11,355 nucleotides of DNA, from positions 1 to 11,355 of the forward strand of contig JAHQWW010000124.1 in the NCBI GenBank assembly GCA_029856365.1, read 5' to 3'. The translations under genes were made by a program, and so were the position numbers. Origin of the DNA: Candidatus Hodarchaeota archaeon. GTDB lineage: Archaea; Asgardarchaeota; Heimdallarchaeia; Hodarchaeales; Hodarchaeaceae. This document shows, in pieces, positions 1 to 6,171 of this stretch (position 1 is the first letter of the stretch; each line of letters begins with the position of its first letter). The notes under the pieces were generated by a model, which was given only the letters and a program-made list of their open reading frames with translations, had not been told where the DNA came from and did not search any database.

Positions 1-1
1 G

Positions 2-694
2 TGAGTCACTCTGGGGATCCCCATCCGCATCTATAAAACTATAGGAAGCAGTGAGAGTATCACTCGTTTGAGCACCACTTGGAGTGATCTGCAAATTAGA
101 AGCAGAGGGGGCACTGTTTTGAATGGTAACACTATTTGATTGGATCCAATTGGAATAATTCGTACCATCCCAGGCGCGAACCTCACACCACCATGTTTCA
201 CCTTTCTTCGTTTGGTCTGAGGGAATAATCACTAATCCCTCATAACTGGAGTTTTCAGTGGGATTATACCACTTAATTTCAAATGTTAGAATATCAGCAT
301 CAGCATCTGATGTGGTATTACTAACAACAAGCTGTTGAGTTGTTAATGGATTTAGAGGTAAGACTGAAACACTAGTAACCTTAGGTGGAGTATTTTGGAT
401 GAAGATTATCTCTGAGGCAACAAGGATCCCAAAATCTTGGCCATCTTTGGGTTTAACGGTAGTATTCCATGCATCCCCTTTATTCAAAGCTGACTCAGGA
501 ATGGATTTTTGGTCATTGTAAGCAGATTGGAGGATTCCATTTTTATACCAACGGATTTGTGTTCCTCCTTCACTATCCCCATCTTGATCATAAAATGTAT
601 AATTTAAATAGAGAGAAGAATTACTGTAAATTGGAATTAAAATTGAATATTGATCACGTGACAAAGTAATATCATTTACTTCAGGGGGATGATT
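2..694 (-). repeat. Gene-A-type stalk repeats in gene B (2 complete, 1 partial)
   Basis: Units begin NHPP (694), NTPP (394), NSAP (118). They contain YDQDGDSE...IRWYKNG...NKGDAW...PKDG and DADAD...IKWY...TKKGETWW...AWDG, the same consensus as gene A. Confidence 0.88.
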
Positions 695-3600
695 AACAAC
701 TGGAACAAAACCTTGGTGTTCACTAGATGTATACAAATTTCCAGCAGTATCATTAACAATAATCACATAATAAATAGGTCCTGAATCCATTACAAGAGTA
801 TCATTCATGTAACCTAAAGCGGTTTGTTGCATTACTGCCCATAGGTCATTTTGTGGGATACCATTTGATTTAGTCACATTAACTAATACAACATCAATAT
901 TCCCCCAGGAATCAGATACATTTGCTTTAAACGTTCCATAAATACCTATATCAGGATAATATTCCCAATCAATAACTTCTGGAGAGACTTTATCAAGAGT
1001 GAAGGAAATATATTTTGTAATAGAGGGCGATGGAATCCAATTTCCTCTCACATCAGAAGCATTTAATATTTGATATTCATAATTGTTATTATAAATGACC
1101 GAAGATTGATAGATCCAATAAGAGCCATTGAAACTCATTGGATGTTCGGTTCCATTGATCTTAATTGTAACACTATCAATTTCTGAAACAGAATCTGTAA
1201 CATCAGCCCAAAATTTACCTACCCCCGTCCCTAAATCTTCTGCATCAAAATCGTTAATCACAGGTGGATTAACGTCTAAGGAGAATTCTTGTGCTATCAT
1301 ATGAAAATTAATAGGATCAAATTGATTATTATATTCTGTGACAATCCAATTTCCAGAATGAATAACATTGGAAACTCTACACTCATCTATCCCACCATTC
1401 CATTCTTGATCAATTACTGCTGGACTTTGCCCTATATACAGCTTGGATGTACCTGTAACACAAGACCCATCATAAGCTGCTGTTCCCTCTAGAGCACCAT
1501 CGACATATAATCTTAATTGATCGGTAATAGAATCAGCTAATCCCACCACATAATGCCAAGTACCATCATTAACTTTACTTAAACTTATATCTACATGTTG
1601 ATCATTTTCATCTACATAGAAGGAGAATGTATTCTCATTTAATTTCCCTAAGAAATAATTATGACCTGAAGGTGTTTCAGTCCATTTAGCAAGTACCACA
1701 TCTACATCAGTTTGAGTATCTGTTGTTTTTATCCACGCAGAAACATATATATCAGAATTTAGTTTTAAGGAGCCGTCATCAGGAATATCTACATTCCGAT
1801 CTGTATCATCAAAAGATAAGCTTCCATCAATTTGACCTGGTACTTGATGTGCTGTAGCCAGTGAAGTAGCACTACCATCATTGTCATTTGATGTACTATC
1901 AATAAATTGAGGTACAGAACCAGATGGGTCTTCTTTTAAATGCCACACACCTTTATAATCGAAACCCCATACACCTTCGGGATTTTGTTGTGCTGATAAC
2001 CCATCATTTCCATAATACATCGTGATTGCAGTGTAATCAGAGCTATATAGGTATGGAATTCTTACCCATGTGATTAAATGACCATTCGTACTTGTTTGAC
2101 TAAAAGATTCTATCTCATGATTAAGCTTTTTTCCATAGGGGTCGCAAAATAAGATATCTGCACCACTAGATTGAACTATTCCGCTTTTAAGTCCACTATC
2201 AGTAATATCTAAGAGAGTAGGAAAGTTTACCAAATCTTCTGGTATGTTAGTGTGATTGATTACAATGTCTTTTGAATAAGGGAATGAGCTATCAGCCCAT
2301 AGTCTTTTTTCTTCTTCATTTCCAACTGCAATGTAATTTTCTGGGTTAAGTTGATTGTTGTACTCTGTTTGTATCCATTCTGTTGAGAGAGAGTTAAAGC
2401 TTACTCTAACTTCATCAATTCCTCCATCAAATGTACGTCCACCATCTTTATAATTACCAATGTATAAGGATTGTCCACCATCATCATTCGCCTCACCTGA
2501 GGGGTTTTCTTCTCTAACTAGGGTTTGTAGTACGCCATTAACATAAACATTTGGCCAATTTGCTGTAGAACTCTCATCATAAGTAACTGTAACGTATTGC
2601 CATTGATTAAGGCTTATAGAATCTTCAGGAGAATACCATAATCCTCTTTTAACACTGAAATCTCTGTAAAATAATAAATGATGATTTGCTGCAGGAGATG
2701 CTTCACCGTCAACACATAAAACCCAACCATTTGCACCAGCAGTGCTTGATGATTTATCCAAAACTCGCCCATAATCACTACCTCCCCAGTCTTCAGGATG
2801 GATCCATACTGATATAGTAGCTCCACCATTAAATATATTATCAATACTACTACCTGAGCCAACTGTTATATAATCGTCTACACCATCAAAATCTCGCCCT
2901 CTTAAGATTTGTGCAGAAACATCATCAGACTCATAATTACTTCCATCGTTATTATTTCCACTAGAATCAATTAAATCATCGCTCATATGCCAAACTCCTC
3001 CATAATTATTCCAAAGACTTCCAGGATTAGCTAAAGATGCTACAGCACTGTTTCCATACCACATCTTAATAGCTGTGTCGGTTGTTGAGGAAAGTGTTGG
3101 GATTTTTACCCACACCAGCAAATGAGCATGAGTAGTATTGAAATCTTGAGTAAATGATTCAATTTCATGATCTAGTTTGACTCCATTGCTATCTGTAAAA
3201 GCGATATCATCCCCATCAGTCTGTACTTTTTCTTCTATGCGGAGATCAGAATCATAGAAATCAAGAAGTATAGGAAAATTGTTCAGATCACTTGAACCTG
3301 AAACCATGGAATGCTCAATTGTCAGATTTTTATTATATCGAAGATAAGGGATCGTCCAATTTCCACGAATTTCAAGAGAATTCACCGAATAAAACGTACT
3401 AGGGTTATATTGATTATTATACTCGGTATTGATCCAATTACTTGCGAGAACACCAGTTGAAATACGGACTTCATCAAGAATACCATCAAAAGGATTGCTG
3501 CCTTGTGAAAAAGACATTATATAATCGTTATCGATACTCCCAACTGAACTAATATCAATCCCTGTTCCTACCTCCACCCCATTTTTATACACATGCAATT

Positions 3601-5725
3601 TATTTGTTGTCCTATCGACAATTCCAGTAAAATATATCCATTCATCAAAACTAATAGGGATTTGTCTATTTTCTCTGTTTCCTAAGCCATCAGAAATACC
3701 AAATTCGAGAGCTGAAGCATCTGTGTTTGTTTCAACTTCATAACCCTCACTAGAATCTGTTGTCCCTCCCTTATAAACAGGAATCTGATATGTACCTGTA
3801 CTTTGATCAACGTTTATCCAAAAACTAATAGAAAAACTTTCAGTTCCAAAGTCTAGATGTCCATCGGAAGGATTTCCAATTGTTACACCCGTATTTATTC
3901 CGTCAAAATCATAAGCTCCATCAATTTGTCCTACCTCACCTTGTGTAGCTCCTGAATTAATTGTTCCATCTGTTCCATATGACGTTGAATCGATAGCATT
4001 CCCAGATGTTTCGCTAAGATGCCATATACCCACATAACCTGATTTCCAAACTCTTGTGGGATTTTCTTGTGAAGAAAGATCAGAACTCCCAAAATACATG
4101 AAAATTGGGGTGTCTGTTGTACTAGAAAGATTAGGAATTTTGATCCAAGCTACAAGATGTGCTTGAGTTGGATTATAGTTTTGATCAAAGAGGTCTAATT
4201 CATAATCTAATTTTCTTCCCATGGCATCACAAAAAAGAATATCATCACCATCAGCTTGAACTTTATCGGTATCATGCAGATCACTATCATATATATCGAT
4301 AAGGACTGGAAAGTTTAATAAAGAACTACTCCCACTTACTTTCGTTGCGTCAATTATTAACTCCTTACGATATTGCAATCCTGAAAAATGCCAACCAGGT
4401 GAATTAACAGACTTCTCTTCTGAATAGACTGAATAGAAATTATTAGGATTATTTTGATTTTCAAATTCGGTAGCAATCCAGTTAGCTGATCTTACCGTAC
4501 TTGACAGTCGAAATTCACTTAATGTCGCATGAAGACTACGTTCGTCGTCAAAATTCCCACCAGGTCCATCACTAGAGAGATCCTCTGTTCCTATTGATAT
4601 TGTATTCCATGAGACATGTGTACCTGTTAATGGATCAAGATCATTTACATCTAATGAACCATTGAGATAAATTTGATGGAGACCATCACCTGTACCATCC
4701 CATATAGCTACTAGATGCTGCCAAGTACCAACTAAGGTTTGAAAATCTTGATCTGTATCAATATAAGAATTAGTTGAAGTCTCCACTTCAAGTTCAAATT
4801 CTTTATAAAAATTCAATTGTGGCTCTCGACCTGATGTAGCCGGAATTGCTAGACTATCTTTTAATCCTGGACCTCCATTTGGAAACATTATCCAAAATTC
4901 AAAGGTCATCTTGTCAGTAGGGCCTGTAAAGCCTTCGGATAGTGGTAGATAAATGAAATCATCGTTTCCATCAAATGCAAGAGCATGTCCAGTAATTCCA
5001 TAAACAAGATCAGATGAAGTCATACCACTAGCAGATTCAACATCGAAGTCAAAGTTATTTATCGAACTATCTAATATATCTGAAGACGAAGGATCCTGAT
5101 TCATATGAAGAACAAATTCATAATTGTCATCCCATACCCCTTCTGGATTTTCTTGGTTAATTGCAGTTGGATATCCGTAATACATTGAAATGATGGTATC
5201 TTGTGTACTTGAAAGGTTTGCTTTAACCCAAGCAACTAGATGAGCATGCGAGGAATTATATACACGATCATAAACCTCAATTTCATGATCAAGTAAATGT
5301 CCAGAAGCATTAGTAAACAGGATATCGTTCCCACTAGCCTGTGCATCTTGTTGTAAATCAGAATCATATAATTCAATATATACAGGGAAATTAGTTAAAT
5401 CTGCGGCTACTTTGGTATAATCAATAGTGATATTTTTTCGATATAGCCATCTAGTATCTGCCCAACCTGGTACAAAATACTCTGATTGTGCAAAATGAAT
5501 TTTATCTGAATACGACTGATTAACCTTAGATGAACCTAATAAACGTGATACTTGATGGCTTGTTTCTCTTTTCTGGCTTTTAAACCCAATTTCTCGTAGT
5601 AGAGTTGGTAAAAACTCATTCGATTCTAAATAATCCTCCTGCAAAGAGGGAGTCATTACAAGAATATTTAGAAAAAAGACACTAAATAGCAGAATTATAT
5701 TCAAATTCTTATCACTAAACACCAA
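2..5725 (-). CDS. Giant secreted/surface protein: signal/anchor, 4x(DUF2341 + LamG/concanavalin-A-like lectin), 2 Ig-like domains, then gene-A-type stalk repeats; 3'-partial (at least 1908 aa)
   Basis: Manual translation starts TTG (5725) or GTG (5722) behind AGGAGA: (M)VFSDKNLNIILLFSVFFLNILVMTPSL...PGWADTRWLYRKNITIDYTKVAADLTNFPVYIELYDSDLQQDAQASGNDILF... The frame at the left edge is the same (…VTIQNSAPSASNLQITPSGAQTSDTLTASYSFIDADGDPQSDS). An internal stop would have produced an ATG-to-stop call from the in-frame ATG at 5656 in the track, and there is none. An in-frame TAG at 5735-5737 bounds the start. Confidence 0.92.
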   Translation of the reverse strand, partial: MVFSDKNLNIILLFSVFFLNILVMTPSLQEDYLESNEFLPTLLREIGFKSQKRETSHQVSRLLGSSKVNQSYSDKIHFAQSEYFVPGWADTRWLYRKNITIDYTKVAADLTNFPVYIELYDSDLQQDAQASGNDILFTNASGHLLDHEIEVYDRVYNSSHAHLVAWVKANLSSTQDTIISMYYGYPTAINQENPEGVWDDNYEFVLHMNQDPSSSDILDSSINNFDFDVESASGMTSSDLVYGITGHALAFDGNDDFIYLPLSEGFTGPTDKMTFEFWIMFPNGGPGLKDSLAIPATSGREPQLNFYKEFELEVETSTNSYIDTDQDFQTLVGTWQHLVAIWDGTGDGLHQIYLNGSLDVNDLDPLTGTHVSWNTISIGTEDLSSDGPGGNFDDERSLHATLSEFRLSSTVRSANWIATEFENQNNPNNFYSVYSEEKSVNSPGWHFSGLQYRKELIIDATKVSGSSSLLNFPVLIDIYDSDLHDTDKVQADGDDILFCDAMGRKLDYELDLFDQNYNPTQAHLVAWIKIPNLSSTTDTPIFMYFGSSDLSSQENPTRVWKSGYVGIWHLSETSGNAIDSTSYGTDGTINSGATQGEVGQIDGAYDFDGINTGVTIGNPSDGHLDFGTESFSISFWINVDQSTGTYQIPVYKGGTTDSSEGYEVETNTDASALEFGISDGLGNRENRQIPISFDEWIYFTGIVDRTTNKLHVYKNGVEVGTGIDISSVGSIDNDYIMSFSQGSNPFDGILDEVRISTGVLASNWINTEYNNQYNPSTFYSVNSLEIRGNWTIPYLRYNKNLTIEHSMVSGSSDLNNFPILLDFYDSDLRIEEKVQTDGDDIAFTDSNGVKLDHEIESFTQDFNTTHAHLLVWVKIPTLSSTTDTAIKMWYGNSAVASLANPGSLWNNYGGVWHMSDDLIDSSGNNNDGSNYESDDVSAQILRGRDFDGVDDYITVGSGSSIDNIFNGGATISVWIHPEDWGGSDYGRVLDKSSSTAGANGWVLCVDGEASPAANHHLLFYRDFSVKRGLWYSPEDSISLNQWQYVTVTYDESSTANWPNVYVNGVLQTLVREENPSGEANDDGGQSLYIGNYKDGGRTFDGGIDEVRVSFNSLSTEWIQTEYNNQLNPENYIAVGNEEEKRLWADSSFPYSKDIVINHTNIPEDLVNFPTLLDITDSGLKSGIVQSSGADILFCDPYGKKLNHEIESFSQTSTNGHLITWVRIPYLYSSDYTAITMYYGNDGLSAQQNPEGVWGFDYKGVWHLKEDPSGSVPQFIDSTSNDNDGSATSLATAHQVPGQIDGSLSFDDTDRNVDIPDDGSLKLNSDIYVSAWIKTTDTQTDVDVVLAKWTETPSGHNYFLGKLNENTFSFYVDENDQHVDISLSKVNDGTWHYVVGLADSITDQLRLYVDGALEGTAAYDGSCVTGTSKLYIGQSPAVIDQEWNGGIDECRVSNVIHSGNWIVTEYNNQFDPINFHMIAQEFSLDVNPPVINDFDAEDLGTGVGKFWADVTDSVSEIDSVTIKINGTEHPMSFNGSYWIYQSSVIYNNNYEYQILNASDVRGNWIPSPSITKYISFTLDKVSPEVIDWEYYPDIGIYGTFKANVSDSWGNIDVVLVNVTKSNGIPQNDLWAVMQQTALGYMNDTLVMDSGPIYYVIIVNDTAGNLYTSSEHQGFVPVVNHPPEVNDITLSRDQYSILIPIYSNSSLYLNYTFYDQDGDSEGGTQIRWYKNGILQSAYNDQKSIPESALNKGDAWNTTVKPKDGQDFGILVASEIIFIQNTPPKVTSVSVLPLNPLTTQQLVVSNTTSDADADILTFEIKWYNPTENSSYEGLVIIPSDQTKKGETWWCEVRAWDGTNYSNWIQSNSVTIQNSAPSASNLQITPSGAQTSDTLTASYSFIDADGDPQSDS
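695..1276 (-). other. Two Ig-like linker domains between lectin head and stalk of gene B
   Basis: DVNPPVI (1276)...SDVRGN and DKVSPEVI (994)...NDTAGN, i.e. the D-x-x-(P/S)-P ... D-x-x-G-N signature. Confidence 0.65.
1277..2299 (-). repeat. DUF2341 + LamG module 4 of gene B
   Basis: WADSSFPYSKDIVIN...NFPTLLD...GADILF...LNHEIE...TWVRIP...MYYGN, then GVWHL...GQIDGSLSFD...VSAWIKT...VNDGTWHYVVG...LYVDG...LYIGQ...WNGGIDECRVS...WIVTEYNNQ. Confidence 0.85.
2300..3358 (-). repeat. DUF2341 + LamG module 3 of gene B
   Basis: WTIPYLRYNKNLTIE...NFPILLD...DGDDIAF...LDHEIE...VWVKIP...MWYGN, then GVWHM...DFDGVDDYI...TISVWI...WQYVTVTYD...VYVNG...LYIGN...FDGGIDEVRVS...WIQTEYNNQ. Confidence 0.85.
3359..4393 (-). 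repeat. DUF2341 + LamG module 2 of gene B
   Basis: WHFSGLQYRKELIID...NFPVLID...DGDDILF...LVAWIKIP...MYFG, then GIWHL...GQIDGAYDFDG...SISFWI...VYKNG...FDGILDEVRIS...WINTEYNNQYNP. Confidence 0.85.
4394..5464 (-). repeat. DUF2341 + LamG module 1 (N-terminal-most) of gene B
   Basis: WADTRWLYRKNITID...NFPVYI...GNDILF...LDHEIE...LVAWVK...SMYYG (DUF2341), then FDGNDDFI...FEFWI...WQHLVAIWD...IYLNG...SEFRLS...WIATEFENQNNP (LamG-like). Confidence 0.8.
5654..5725 (-). other. N-terminal signal peptide or signal anchor of gene B
   Basis: Short N-region with a Lys, then hydrophobic IILLFSVFFLNILVM (5654-5698). Confidence 0.7.
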
Positions 5726-5730
5726 TGGTC

Positions 5731-5736
5731 TCTCCT
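5731..5736 (-). promoter_or_regulatory. Shine-Dalgarno-like site for gene B
   Basis: AGGAGA on the minus strand, 5 nt upstream of TTG (5725) and 8 nt upstream of GTG (5722). Confidence 0.65.
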
Positions 5737-5753
5737 AAATTCTGAAGTAACTC

Positions 5754-5778
5754 AAATTGGGAAAAAAACCAATTTAAA
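5754..5778 (-). promoter_or_regulatory. Candidate TATA-like box (TTTAAA, 5773-5778) overlapped by a 7-8-7 inverted repeat
   Basis: Minus strand reads CCTTTAAATTGGTTTTTTTCCCAATTT about 50 nt upstream of the start codon. Arms are AAATTGG (5754-5760) and CCAATTT (5769-5775). No convincing BRE. Confidence 0.28.
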
Positions 5779-5866
5779 GGTGAATATATTGAGGTAAAGA
5801 TAACAGAGATTGCAAAAGAGGTAAGCTTAACCATTATCTTTCTCAAATCACTCACCATTGCCGTAA

Positions 5867-5885
5867 ATCTGTTTTTAAAACAGAT
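5867..5885. promoter_or_regulatory. Perfect 9-1-9 palindrome, candidate transcription-factor operator
   Basis: ATCTGTTTT-T-AAAACAGAT has exactly complementary arms and lies ~140 nt upstream of the gene B start. Confidence 0.4.
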
Positions 5886-6101
5886 CCTAGATAAATCATC
5901 CGAATTTATTGAATAGAAAACCCTTTATGTAATAATGTACGTATATACGCTGGGATAACTCAGGCTTGAGATTTTAAGAAGAATTCTAGATAATCTGTCC
6001 ACAATCTCCTTATTTTTCGTTATAAATAAGAATTCTGGTGTTTTCTTTTGATAAAGTGAAATAGGGGTTTAATCAATGAATGAGTGAATTATAACCACTA
6101 T

Positions 6102-6117
6102 TTATTCCAAAAAATAA
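6102..6117 (-). terminator. Possible archaeal-type oligo-T terminator of gene A
   Basis: T6 run on the minus strand (6109-6114) about 58 nt after the stop codon. Weak evidence in AT-rich DNA. Confidence 0.22.
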
Positions 6118-6171
6118 TCTATGGATTTAAGAAATGATGACCAATTTTACGTTTTTATGAGCATTTTAGCC

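Noticed and set aside
17-31. 15-nt exact match ATCCCCATCCGCATC also at 9955-9969
   Set aside because: Both copies encode the conserved DADGD motif. Protein constraint explains it, and it is too short to show gene conversion.
469-669. 66-aa plus-strand ORF from the track
   Set aside because: Antisense shadow of gene B stalk repeats with no recognisable motif.
1289-1492. 67-aa plus-strand ORF from the track
   Set aside because: Antisense to LamG module 4 of gene B.
2614-2862. 82-aa minus-strand ORF from the track
   Set aside because: Alternative frame inside gene B; the LamG motifs are in the long frame.
5762-5768. T7 run (minus strand) as a slippage or phase-variation site fusing the upstream ORF to gene B
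   Set aside because: The gene B frame has a TAG at 5735-5737 between the run and the start, so a shift there cannot make a fusion.
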